Shown one piece after another: positions 1 to 10,699 of a stretch of 64,000 bases of DNA. How positions within the stretch are numbered: the first letter of the stretch is position 1; each line of letters starts with the position of its first letter. The DNA lies in NCBI GenBank assembly GCA_964019425.1, contig OZ025797.1:310001-374000 (forward strand), read 5' to 3'. Below the pieces are notes generated by a model that was not told the DNA's origin, did no database searches, and saw only the letters and a list, made by a program, of their open reading frames with translations. The position numbers were made by a program, and so were the translations under genes. Origin of the DNA: Flectonema sp. DT1601 (taxonomy: Eukaryota).

Positions 1-132
1 AAATGAAAATCCTTTTTTTTTTTAAATTTTACAGTTGCACTCTTAGGTGCAACCGCCTTCTTTGTTCATTGTTACCGCCTCATTTGTTCTGTGTGTTAAT
101 TAATATTTATTTACAGTTACAAGTAGTTTACA

Positions 133-2754
133 ATGAGAATATCGATATTAGTGGTTGCATCACTCGCTAACAGCGTGGTGGGGGATCCATGGCACACAGT
201 CTCAAATGTAAACGATGTGAAGGGATTAGTTTCAGGCCCAGGACAGAACAGTACCCAAGCAAAGCTAATCGGTAGGTTCGCAAACATGAACGACTGCCTT
301 GAGCTGTGTGCCAAGGGAGGTTCTACAATTGGATGTGGGTCATTTGCCTACTTCCCAAGCGGGTTTGCTGGAGGCTGGGAAACAATGTGCTATGCGAGGG
401 TGGATGGCTTGTGGGACCCTCTACCAGAAACAGGTGTGGTATCGGGATATCCGGGGGCTGTACCACCCCCATCCCCAACACCCCCGTCACCATCGGGACC
501 AACGTCTAACGAGTGCATTGTAAAACAGAATTCTTTGTTGTTTGCCGATAAACTTTCAGGTGGAAGAGCTACCGACCATGTATTCGCATCGCTTGCATTC
601 CCCTCTGGCTGCCCACGTCCCGAAACTGAAGCCCAGAAGACAAAACATTCAGAGTACATCCTCAATTCTCAGACTGAGTTTTTTGTATCAACTGTTGGTA
701 GCGATACCAACTCTGGTTTAAGATCTGATGATGCCTTTAAAACTGTTTACGCTGCACAGGCAGCTGCTCGCGATAACACAAAGAATAATGGCAAATCAAG
801 TGTTATTACTCTTTCATCTGGAAAGCACTACCTTCCAAGAGCATTGCAGCTGTCCGCCAAAGACAGCGGCTTTCGGGGAAATCCGAATGTTTGGAGAGGT
901 GCGGCAGATGGAACTTCTGTATTGAGTGGAGGTGTAGAACTGAACTGCACCTGGAAAGCCACATCAGACCCGAATTTGTTGCAATGTCAAGTTGATAGCG
1001 CTATTACTAACTTCGATGAGTTATTTATAAGTGATGTTCGTCGTGTTCGCTCCAGATATCCAAATGGAGATCCACTCCTCCCTAAGAACGGCTACGCCTC
1101 TGGGTGCAGTGTTGTAGAACTCATTAGTAACCCTTCACAAGCACTACCATTAAACAGTACTGTCTATTCGGAGTCTGGCACCGTAATTGCCAAGATTACA
1201 TTTCCGGAGGAAAAGGTTGTCGTGTCGGATGCGACAAAACCTCGCACCATCAACAACTGCAAAACAGAACAGATTTTGTACACCAACACTCGATTTGATG
1301 AAACGTACAACACACCGTTTTGGAACACTACAAGTCTTGCAAAGATAACATTGACCAACCCAGGGGTGGTAAACAGAATGAAAAAGTGGCAAAATCCTGG
1401 AAAGGTTGTCGTGAAAATGTTCCAACCGAACGGATGGGGATCGTGGGCGTTCGAGGCCGCTTCAATAAACGGTGCAGAAATAACCTTCTCAAAAGGTGGT
1501 TTTCAAGAGGCACGCGGAGGAACTTCGTGTGGTAGCTACTATGTTGAAAATGTGAGGGAAGAATTGGATGCTGCTGATGAGTGGTTCTTTGACCCAGCTA
1601 CGAATGTGTTGTCTTACTACCCACATGATGATATAGAGCGCTCGGCTCTTCTTGCAGGCACTGTCACGGCTGAGGTTTCTCAGAGAAAGAATGTTTGGTC
1701 AGCTGTTGGTTCCTCCGCTGATCCAGTTCATGATTTGGTTCTGAGCAACCTTAACATTACTCAAACAGCTCCGACATTCTTTGAAATGTATGAGGTCCCT
1801 TCAGGTGGAGATTGGAGTATTTACAGAGGCGGTGCAGTTTTTATAGAAAACGCCGAACGTGTGGAAGTGTCATCTGTCAGGTTCAATCAGATTGGAGGTA
1901 ACGGAGTTTTCATGTCGAGTCACGTTGTGGATTCAATTGTCTCTCACAATGATTTTTGGCGCACCGGGGACACAGCTATTTTAAGTGCCGGCAGTACAAA
2001 ACTTGCAGATGCTCGAAAGCCAGCCTTCCCTCAAAACAACATTATTACCCACAACTGGATTGATACTGTTGGCTTGTACATGAAACAAACAAGTTGCTAC
2101 TTTAAGTCACTATCATACAACACTACTATCTCTAATAACTTGTGTTACAATGGTCCAAGAGCAGGTATTAATTTTAATGATGCCTTTATGGGTGGAGATG
2201 TTGTTGAAGGTAATCTTGTATTTAACATGGTTCGAGAGACTGGTGATCATGGAACTTTTAACTCGTGGGATCGTAAGGACTGGGTTTGGAACTGCCCTAC
2301 AAAGGCAAACGCGTTGTGTTTCACTCCTGAAATCACACAAATTAAAAACAACATGTTCATTGGTCCTGCTGGGTGGAATGTTGACCACGATGATGGAAGT
2401 AGTCAATATTGGGACTTCCAAAACACTGTTTACTTGGGAACTTTCAAATATCGTGATGGTGATAACAGAAACATGACTGGCAACCTAATGATTGATGCCA
2501 GCCCGGCATTTCAGGTAGTCGGTTTTCCCGAAGACTACTTTCTTTCGAACATGATGCTCGGAACTGGTGAAGTCTGCGGACCTTCTACTTTGGGTGGTCT
2601 CAGAGGAACTATCTATCTGAAGGTCCCACAAAATGACACCCTCAGCGAATCATTGCCTGGAACTTCACAGATTTGCGATGCGGGAACCACACGTAACGTA
2701 TCGTACGAGCAGGTTGGTGAAATTATTCAGTCACTTTGGCCACGAAACTTGTGA
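133..2754 (+). CDS. Secreted right-handed parallel beta-helix protein (GH141-like putative glycoside hydrolase) with N-terminal PAN/apple-like module and Pro-rich linker
   Basis: 873 aa ORF. Hydrophobic signal peptide; CLELCAK..CGSFAY..CYAR PAN-like Cys pattern; PPPSPTPPSP linker; FVSTVGSDTNSG..AFKT beta-helix cap; LDAADEWFFD, DHGTFNSWDR and VDHDDGSS motifs with repeated N/G beta-helix turns, as in bacterial GH141-like proteins. Confidence 0.75.
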   Translation: MRISILVVASLANSVVGDPWHTVSNVNDVKGLVSGPGQNSTQAKLIGRFANMNDCLELCAKGGSTIGCGSFAYFPSGFAGGWETMCYARVDGLWDPLPETGVVSGYPGAVPPPSPTPPSPSGPTSNECIVKQNSLLFADKLSGGRATDHVFASLAFPSGCPRPETEAQKTKHSEYILNSQTEFFVSTVGSDTNSGLRSDDAFKTVYAAQAAARDNTKNNGKSSVITLSSGKHYLPRALQLSAKDSGFRGNPNVWRGAADGTSVLSGGVELNCTWKATSDPNLLQCQVDSAITNFDELFISDVRRVRSRYPNGDPLLPKNGYASGCSVVELISNPSQALPLNSTVYSESGTVIAKITFPEEKVVVSDATKPRTINNCKTEQILYTNTRFDETYNTPFWNTTSLAKITLTNPGVVNRMKKWQNPGKVVVKMFQPNGWGSWAFEAASINGAEITFSKGGFQEARGGTSCGSYYVENVREELDAADEWFFDPATNVLSYYPHDDIERSALLAGTVTAEVSQRKNVWSAVGSSADPVHDLVLSNLNITQTAPTFFEMYEVPSGGDWSIYRGGAVFIENAERVEVSSVRFNQIGGNGVFMSSHVVDSIVSHNDFWRTGDTAILSAGSTKLADARKPAFPQNNIITHNWIDTVGLYMKQTSCYFKSLSYNTTISNNLCYNGPRAGINFNDAFMGGDVVEGNLVFNMVRETGDHGTFNSWDRKDWVWNCPTKANALCFTPEITQIKNNMFIGPAGWNVDHDDGSSQYWDFQNTVYLGTFKYRDGDNRNMTGNLMIDASPAFQVVGFPEDYFLSNMMLGTGEVCGPSTLGGLRGTIYLKVPQNDTLSESLPGTSQICDAGTTRNVSYEQVGEIIQSLWPRNL

Positions 2755-4197
2755 GATCTCATTTTTTAATAATCCCATTATTATCTGTAATTATCGAGGC
2801 TTAGGTGTCTTCAAAACGTTCTCAATCAAAACCATAGTTGGACCTGTCAAATCACACGCATTCCGCAATGGCGTGAGCCGCTGTGATGATTGGTTTCGGA
2901 GATTGACTTTTATATAATCAAGTGACTGCAGGAACGGAGAAAAAAAGTATTGGAAGTGCTATGAGAACCTATTCTTTGAATTTAATTACGTGAAAAAAAG
3001 AAAAAAAGAAGCCACGTTGCCAGCTGTTATTGTATGGTAACATCGTATAATTATCAATCTTTTCCGACCGATTCTTTGCATCGGATCAAAAATACGCCTT
3101 GTAGTCATTCATTCGTTTGTTGGTATTAGTATTTTAAATATACGTAAATTCTCCTCCTCCCCCTTTTTTTTATTTTTAACATCATAAACAAACCCTCATT
3201 CTTTAGATAATTCCAACAGGGTCCTGTTAGATTCTTTAATCACACATTCCGTGAGTGTCTGCGTGAACGTTGTTGTGATGTTAAACAAATTCACTTTTTA
3301 ATTGGGTGACTGTTTCTAATGTTCATTGTTGGAATTATTTGAAAAAATGAATATAGATAACTCTAAGTTCGGGTGTGAAGGAAACCGATGAATAGATGAA
3401 ATATCACTGAGCAGCCATCGCCTGGCTCGCTCTTGAGGGGGATGAATTCCTGCTTTTCATTCTTCGTTATCTCCTTCGTCATTTCTTGTGTGTTGTCATT
3501 ATTTTGTGTTGGTGTAGACTTCTTATTGCTAAGTTCAATCAATTTCTCGCCGTGTCAAAAAAATGGCACGCTGGTTGATATTTTCAAAGCTTTTTTTTCG
3601 TCTGCACTTTCAGCTGTTTTCCAGAATATGGTTTCCTCTCCAGCACATACAACAGTGCTAATTAGTTTGGTGAGTTTGTGCTAAATAAATGCAGTACTTT
3701 ATTTAACAATAAAAAAAGCAACAAAATAACAAAAAAAAAAAAAGTTAATCTACATAAACAGACTTTGATCAGTTATTTTGTAGTTCTATGCAGTTTTTAC
3801 AGCAGTTTTACAGTACTTTTGCAATTTATTATTTTTATTTTCTCTACTGACGTAGCTCTTTTTTTTTTCCTTTTTTCTTTTTTTTTCCATTTTGGTGCCG
3901 ACGTTACTGTTGGCGCTCTTCGTCTTTCTGGCTCTCTCTCTATATTTCTATTTTTTTTTAAAAAAAATTGTTACGTGTTTTTTATTGTACTTTACGCTTA
4001 CTTCAGTTTATATACTACACATGCACTCGGTAGATCCTGACGGGGTTATGTCTAATTGTGTATTATGGATTTAATACATTAAACTAATATTGGTGATGAG
4101 GGACTGGATAAGGGAAATCCAACTATTATTTGTTTGATGTCCTTACGCTAACTAGATTATTATTATTAAAGTATTTAACAGTACGTGAAGTAGAAAA

Positions 4198-5010
4198 ATG
4201 TTCAATGTGAGAGTTTGTGCTGATGTTGGAGGTAGAAAAATGAATTTGGAAATTCCGTTTCAATCTCCGCCTACGTTGCCAGAGTTGAGAATGCAGATAG
4301 ACGAAACCTTCACTGGAGAGGGAAGGGCGTTGAGCCCCAGGGGAAGTCCCAATCGACTACATGAATTTTATTTTAAAACCCAACGAATGCAAATATACGA
4401 CGACAGAGAATTACGATGGGTAGATCTAATTGACAGCGTTCAACTACAACACAACAGAACTCAGGTATACGCTTTTAGAGCGGATTCGTTTATGCCGGAT
4501 GTACAGCAGCGTATGCCAGCCCCTAGACCTAGTACTCTTGGGTTGGTAAATAATGATTTTAGCAGCTCTCCAACTAGACGAATACAGTCACCTGCCACAA
4601 CAAATACCAATGAGAAAGTATCCGTTACACATCGTTTTCTCGGAGGTGCTACAAAGCATTATCTCACCTTTGATGATCTTGAGTCTGGTTTTAGTACTTT
4701 GGGTTTTGATTTCGCACCTGTTACGGTTCAAGAAATGTTTTCAAAAGCTGATGTTAATCGTGACCACAAAATAACATTTGACGAGTGGCATAGTTGGGCT
4801 CAACGTTATCCTAATACACACGATGTCATATATTTCCATTCCTTCTCCAACTCTCCACCACTTACAATGGAAGAGCTAGAACTTGTTGAACAAGAAATTC
4901 GACTTGAGCGACACAAAGACAATTTAAATATTCAGGAAAAACGATTTTCAGAAGCGGCTACGTCATTTGACAGGTCACAGGAAGGGTCCCCAAGAAGGGC
5001 ATTTCAGTGA
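4198..5010 (+). CDS. BILBO1-like protein (ubiquitin-like BILBO1 N-terminal domain + EF-hand + short coiled coil)
   Basis: N-terminus VRVCADVGGRKMNLEIPFQSPPTLPEL...IYDD..RWVDL...QL....QVYAF closely parallels the trypanosome BILBO1 NTD; canonical EF loop DVNRDHKITFDEW. Confidence 0.8.
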   Translation: MFNVRVCADVGGRKMNLEIPFQSPPTLPELRMQIDETFTGEGRALSPRGSPNRLHEFYFKTQRMQIYDDRELRWVDLIDSVQLQHNRTQVYAFRADSFMPDVQQRMPAPRPSTLGLVNNDFSSSPTRRIQSPATTNTNEKVSVTHRFLGGATKHYLTFDDLESGFSTLGFDFAPVTVQEMFSKADVNRDHKITFDEWHSWAQRYPNTHDVIYFHSFSNSPPLTMEELELVEQEIRLERHKDNLNIQEKRFSEAATSFDRSQEGSPRRAFQ

Positions 5011-5303
5011 GTGAGAGTCTCCACGATTCAATTGAGGTTGACTACTGTTAGTTACTTGTATTAATTAGAAGGCAATTCGTTTTGTTTCTCAGGTGTGCTC
5101 CTTTTTCCTGCAGTGCACAGTAAGTTTGTTTGTTAGTCTGTAGCTGTAACCATTTAATTAGTCATTCAGTTGTTTATATTTATTTAGTTCCTTTTCAATT
5201 CAGAAAATGTTTTTGTTTGGGGAACCATTTCAACGCTGGTTTTGAGAACATTTTCCATTTCATTTATCTTCAAATAATTTGTTACTCACCAGGTTGAGAG
5301 GAA

Positions 5304-7769
5304 ATGGAAGAGGAAAAGGCTGTCTGGTTGGGAACCAGCAGATTTTGGGAACGAGCATTCGGAGTTTTTGTTAGAGGAACTTTGCGGGAAGAAGACTCCG
5401 AAGATGAGAGAGCGAGAAAATGGATCATAATTCCATTTTGTATGGGATGTAGTATTCTGTTTAGTTTTATGACAGTAAACGCTGTGAAAGAAAAAAAGAT
5501 ACCCGGCATAATCATAGAATCAACTATGCTATTAATATTCCTCATTGAATGGGCCAGGGCAGCCATTACCAAGAGAATATCTCGTTATAACGCTGACTTC
5601 TTAATGCTTTCAAGTGGGTTCTTTCTCATCTTACAAGACTGGAGTACCTACGGGTTTTACGACACCTGGATGGGGATGACTATTGTGATGGATGTTTGCT
5701 TACTGGTGAGTTGTTCAGCCAATTGCCAAACCTTCCTGCAGTTCATAACTGTTTGCTATATCATTGCGAAAATGTTTGAGGAAGCCGAGCAGGTTGGTCT
5801 CTACGAGGTATTTCCCAATAACACCGGTCGAGAAACAGTTGTCTACAAAAAAGGTGATTGGTGGGTGGCATTAGTTGTTTGTTTAACCAGAATGTACATC
5901 TTCCTGGGTGACTTTGCCTTGACTCGTAGATTCGCTCATGGTATGCGGACAGAGAAGCAAAAAGCTCAGGATTCTGTAACCTTAGCTGGACAAGTAGCAC
6001 AAGCAATGGCTCGCTTTGATCTCAAGAGTGCTGGTGATCTTGTTGAAGGTGAAGGTGAGAGATGTGGACTTCACCAAGCTTTTACAGACATTCTTGGAAA
6101 TCTTCATCTTTACGAACCGTTTTTACCGTCTTCGTTGTTTTCATCAACGGCACAGCCTTCAATATCAAATAATAGTGATGATCAGAGAATGAGTCCAGTT
6201 TATTATAGAGCTCCTCCGGGACTTAATGGGTCTGCCGCAATATTGTTTTGTACAATCGAAAACATTTCATTACTTTGGGAACAAGTTCCGATTTTAACCA
6301 GAAAGGCAATTCAGACCTACAGAAGTATCGCAAGAGATCTCTTACAAGAACATGGAGGGTATGAAGTCAAAACCATCGGAGACGGAATCATGTTATCATT
6401 TGATACGTCAGTTGCAGCAGTCAATTACAGTATAGACTTACACCAGGCTGTTATGGATACCCGTTGGCCAGACTTAACACGAGTAAAGGGTTGTGAACGA
6501 TTTGATGATTGGAACGGTCCTAGACTACGAATTGGTATTCACAAAGGACCAGTTGAAATAGAACCAAATTCTATAAACTCATCGAGTGAATATTCAGGTC
6601 CTGTAGTAGGAATTGCTGCAAATATTGAAATGACTGGTATTGGAGGATCTACATGTGTTAGTCACACTGTTCTCAAAGAGTGTGAGAGCAAATTAGGAAG
6701 CGAACCTTTAGTTCTCAGTGGAGACTATGCCATGGGTGGAAGTAATATAAAAACACACATCGTAATAAACCAAGCCCTTCCATCGAGACTGACTCATATT
6801 GAAGAAGTACTTACAGAAAGACGGAAAAGTAGTTGTAGAGTTTTATACGATGAACAGTCTACTCGACTAGTTGCTGTCAGTGAATTAAACAGCGCCTTAA
6901 CATGTCATTTAAAACACGCAGATGCTGTTACTGTCGCACATGTTCGAACTGCCTACAGCTGTTTAAAAATATGTGACGATCCTGTTGCTGCTGTTAACGA
7001 AATTATCAGTTGTGTTTTAGAATCACTCCAACGAACTGAAGGTACTGTCGTAACAGTTTTAAGCACATCTGTTATTGCTTCTTGGAACGTGAGTAAGAAG
7101 TGTCAAGGACATCGAGTGCACTCAGTTTTATTTGCTGGACTACTGTACAGAGATATATCCTCAAAAATTGAGGAGCGACGATGTCATTCAATATGGACAG
7201 ATAGAGTGTGTCTTAGTTTAATAACTGGTAGTGTTCTACATGGTAACGTTGGAAACAACAGACAAAAGTTCGTTGTTGTCATAGGAGCATGTGCAGAAGC
7301 AGCTCATGTAGTTTCGGAAACTGCAGCTGAAGTATTCAGCTGTTTTGTATTACACATGGCACTTCCTGGTCATAAACCAATATCACAAGATCCATCGATG
7401 GTTACTATGTGTAGACCAGTTGACAAGTGGTCTATTATGGAGAATAATAAATTCGTTCCAGTTGTCCTTCACCAACTTAGAGAAGATCGTTTGATTGATG
7501 GTGTCGGTGGTCTCATTTACGGAGATGACCCAGAAAATGATTGGGAATGGTCTTCTTCTTACATAAAAGCATTCGCTACTTCTGATTTTGAAGCTTTATC
7601 ATCATCGTCTGATCCTGTTATACAAAAAGTAATAAACATCTTACAAGATACTGATGTTCGTAAGAAAGTAGACTACTCCCTCAGTGCTCCTTCAGCCAGT
7701 TCGTTTGCTATCCGACGTGGACATGACGGATATGATGAAGTTATAAAAAATGATTACTCATACAGGTAG
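5304..7769 (+). CDS. Multi-pass membrane protein with two class III adenylate/guanylate cyclase-like domains (probably catalytically degenerate)
   Basis: About 6 hydrophobic helices in the first 210 aa; LHLYEPFLP linker; GGYEVKTIGD and LRIGIHKG class III motifs; second degenerate domain with VLHGNVG..KFVVVIG. Confidence 0.8.
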   Translation: MEEEKAVWLGTSRFWERAFGVFVRGTLREEDSEDERARKWIIIPFCMGCSILFSFMTVNAVKEKKIPGIIIESTMLLIFLIEWARAAITKRISRYNADFLMLSSGFFLILQDWSTYGFYDTWMGMTIVMDVCLLVSCSANCQTFLQFITVCYIIAKMFEEAEQVGLYEVFPNNTGRETVVYKKGDWWVALVVCLTRMYIFLGDFALTRRFAHGMRTEKQKAQDSVTLAGQVAQAMARFDLKSAGDLVEGEGERCGLHQAFTDILGNLHLYEPFLPSSLFSSTAQPSISNNSDDQRMSPVYYRAPPGLNGSAAILFCTIENISLLWEQVPILTRKAIQTYRSIARDLLQEHGGYEVKTIGDGIMLSFDTSVAAVNYSIDLHQAVMDTRWPDLTRVKGCERFDDWNGPRLRIGIHKGPVEIEPNSINSSSEYSGPVVGIAANIEMTGIGGSTCVSHTVLKECESKLGSEPLVLSGDYAMGGSNIKTHIVINQALPSRLTHIEEVLTERRKSSCRVLYDEQSTRLVAVSELNSALTCHLKHADAVTVAHVRTAYSCLKICDDPVAAVNEIISCVLESLQRTEGTVVTVLSTSVIASWNVSKKCQGHRVHSVLFAGLLYRDISSKIEERRCHSIWTDRVCLSLITGSVLHGNVGNNRQKFVVVIGACAEAAHVVSETAAEVFSCFVLHMALPGHKPISQDPSMVTMCRPVDKWSIMENNKFVPVVLHQLREDRLIDGVGGLIYGDDPENDWEWSSSYIKAFATSDFEALSSSSDPVIQKVINILQDTDVRKKVDYSLSAPSASSFAIRRGHDGYDEVIKNDYSYR

Positions 7770-8338
7770 CCTCTTTACGAGTGATAGGCGAATTGTTTTG
7801 AGTCATCCGGTGTTATGATGAGTGGTCTACTTTTGTTGTAAACAGACGCAGGAATAGTAAGCAACCCACCCACACATTGATCGTTCATTGATCATTGTTT
7901 TCCGATGCTGAAAAAACTGTCCTCTAGGGAGGTCTGTTTTGTTTATTTTATCTACTATTCTATTCTTCCATAAAATAAAAAAAAAAACAAAAAAAAACAA
8001 AAACCACACACAAAATAAGCACTATGAGAGGAGTTATTTTTATTTTATTTTATTGCTCACTCTCTGTCCCCTCTTTTCCCCATAGTTTTTGGTATCCGTA
8101 GGTTTGTTCTCTCCCTTCCTCCCTCCCCTCCCTCTCAAGGCAGATATGGAAGTAAATACGTATAAAGGTAGAAACATTTTTTAACAGCATTTTGCGGACT
8201 GTTTTTACCCTTTTCTAGTCAACTGTATCATTATTTTTTAACACTCATACAGAGACAGCATAGCACTCATAGTCTCTAATGGTTGATTCTACTAAACTAA
8301 TTGTTGCGATCAAAAAAAAAAAAAAAAAAAAAGAAAAA

Positions 8339-8447
8339 CTTACAAACCCATTGTTTGGTAAAAAGAGAATCGCGGCAGCGTAACTAACCCATTCATTCCT
8401 TTATTAGGATTTTGTGTCGGTTGCGTTAAAAAAAAAAGTGTGAGTAT
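8339..8447. repeat. Dispersed repeat family A, copy 1
   Basis: acaaacccattgtttggtaaaa.gagaatcgcggcagcgtaactaacccattcattcctttattaggattttgtgt is near-identical to 8624 and similar to 13288. Confidence 0.92.
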
Positions 8448-8623
8448 AAAATATTTTGATCTTTTTCGGTAATCCTGAGGGATGAAGTATAAAGGGGCTA
8501 AAGAATCACTTGCATAGCTCATGCTTGTCGCTGCTTGTCAGAAATCAGACCACAAAACGTTTTTGCTTTTTTGCAGTCGCGCAGCAAAAAAAAAAGAAAA
8601 GAAAAAAAAAAAAAAAAGAAAAA

Positions 8624-8763
8624 CTTACAAACCCATTGTTTGGTAAAACGAGAATCGCGGCAGCGTAACTAACCCATTCATTCCTTTATTAGGATTTTGT
8701 GTTGGTTACGTACAAAAAAAAACAGGTGTGAGTAAAAAAATTAAAAGTGAAGTTTGCCGATTC
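8624..8763. repeat. Dispersed repeat family A, copy 2
   Basis: 285 nt downstream of copy 1; shares the 3' extension ggtgtgagtaaaaaaattaaaa.gtgaagtttgccgattc with copy 3. Confidence 0.92.
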
Positions 8764-10365
8764 CCTTTTTCACATAAATATTCATGGGGTGCAATGCAGT
8801 TACTGTTGTACTTCGGGTAACTTAAAATAAGTGTTTCCTTCATCTAATACCCCTACGAAAAAAGAAAAAAAGAAAAAGAAAAAGAAAGTGACGTACTGCG
8901 TGTCTTTTCTCGGTAAGCTTTATTTCTTGAAGCTTGGTTTCTCTGGAAAAAAAAATAAAAAGAAATAGTAGGCCCTACCGTGGAAAAACAAAAAAAGAAT
9001 TGCTTCATTTTTTGTAACAGTTAATGTTGTTTACTATATGTGGTTTGCAATCCTTCGGTGAGGAGCCTATGGTATGGTGGAGGTTTTAAAAAAAAAATCT
9101 ATTCCTGTCTTTCTCCCCTATCTAAGCATTTTGCGTTTTCTTTTTTTTTTTAGTTTTGGTTTGTTACGTTGATGCTAGTTTTTTCATTTTCGCCTTCCCG
9201 CTGCCTTTTAGTTATTAACCTTTGTATGAGGTGTTGGCAACACAATGTGAATGGTGTGAAAGGATTCAGTGTAATTCCTAAAGGAAGTGTATTCTGTCCG
9301 CCGGGACAAGTTAAGTGCTGAGTGCTGTGATTTATGCAATTGGTTTGATGCAAGCATACTTTAACCATACTGTTTCAGCTTAAAGTTAATAATCTGGTGA
9401 TAAACTCCTGGCTGCTTTCTTTGTGTTTTCTCTCTTTTTTTTCTTTTTCTTTTCGTTCTCCCACGGAGAAAATGGGGGGCGAAATGTCAAATGTTTACTT
9501 TACTAGTTAATAAATTACCTTGTCAAGGATGATCCCATTATCACTAAGAGAGTCACTATCAAAGGAACAAAGGCTGTTGGTAAATCACTTGTAGGAAGTC
9601 AGTTTGTTATCGTGATCGTTGGTATCTTTTTTCTTGTAGAGTTTCCTATCTCTGTTTAGTTATTTTTTTTGCAAGGCTGAAGCAAGAATACGTATGCTTA
9701 CAAGGAACGAGAACCTTTTTCGCCGACTCTGTGATTTATTGTGTTCTTGTTCCTTGTTAGTCTTGCTGACTTCCTTGTTGCTGTTTTCTTAGTCTCTTTT
9801 ACCCGATTGAACTGCGGGAGGGGGGAAAGGGCAACACACCTAATAAAGTGCTTTGATAGAAGAGGAACGGAAAAAAAAAAAAAAAAAAAAGTCGAGTTAC
9901 CTTCCCTCGGGTGAACCAATTGGGAGATTTGATTGGTGCGGTCTCCTTTTGCTCATCAGAACGTCTTCATACTAAATTACAGTGTGAAAGCCTTTTTTCT
10001 TCATGTTGAAAAAGGAGCATGGTATATTCTTCCCCTGTTGCTCTTCCCCTCTTTTTTTTTTTTTTTTTGCAGTTTTTTCCCCCACCCTCTCTTTGTTATT
10101 CCCCCACCCAGACTATTGTTGCTTTATAATTATTAATTATTATAATGTATTGTGAGAGCCAAGAAGGGTTGGCGGGAGCTACCTGTCCTTTTTTCAATTC
10201 CAATTTGGACCGCAGCTTTTGATTCAACAGTGGATCAAAGGAAAAAAAAAAAAAAAAAAAAAAAAAACGAATAAAAAGGAACATAAACTGCTTTGTGAGC
10301 ATAGGTTATTGTCAATACCATTGCTGTGATCGCTCTGCAGGGAAATATGTTAAGGGTAGGAGGAG

Positions 10366-10396
<31 letters not shown>

Positions 10397-10699
10397 CGAA
10401 CGAAGGAATTTCAATTGAAAAAAAAACCTTACCGACAAAGTTTAAAAAAAAAAAAAAAAAACACGAAAACAATAAAAAAACAACAACCCCCTCTTGATCT
10501 GTTGGAAGCATGTGATTGATTATAAATTAGGGAATAAATAAATAAATTTATTTAAAATTATATACAGGAAAACTAAATTCATCAAATGATGTGTAATAAA
10601 AAGAAAAATTAACAACAAATTTCAGTTATGTCAACTTACTTGTGATTCTTCCCTAAAATTAAACAACATCATCTTCACAGAAGCCCATCAAATATTAAG

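Noticed and set aside
34..53. Small perfect hairpin gttgcac-tcttag-gtgcaac (similar ones at 14220-14237 and 30745-30762)
   Set aside because: 6-7 bp stems are expected by chance in 64 kb; single copies with no other support.
8339..8763. CRISPR-like repeat-spacer arrangement
   Set aside because: Repeats over 100 nt, only two local copies, eukaryotic context, no cas genes.
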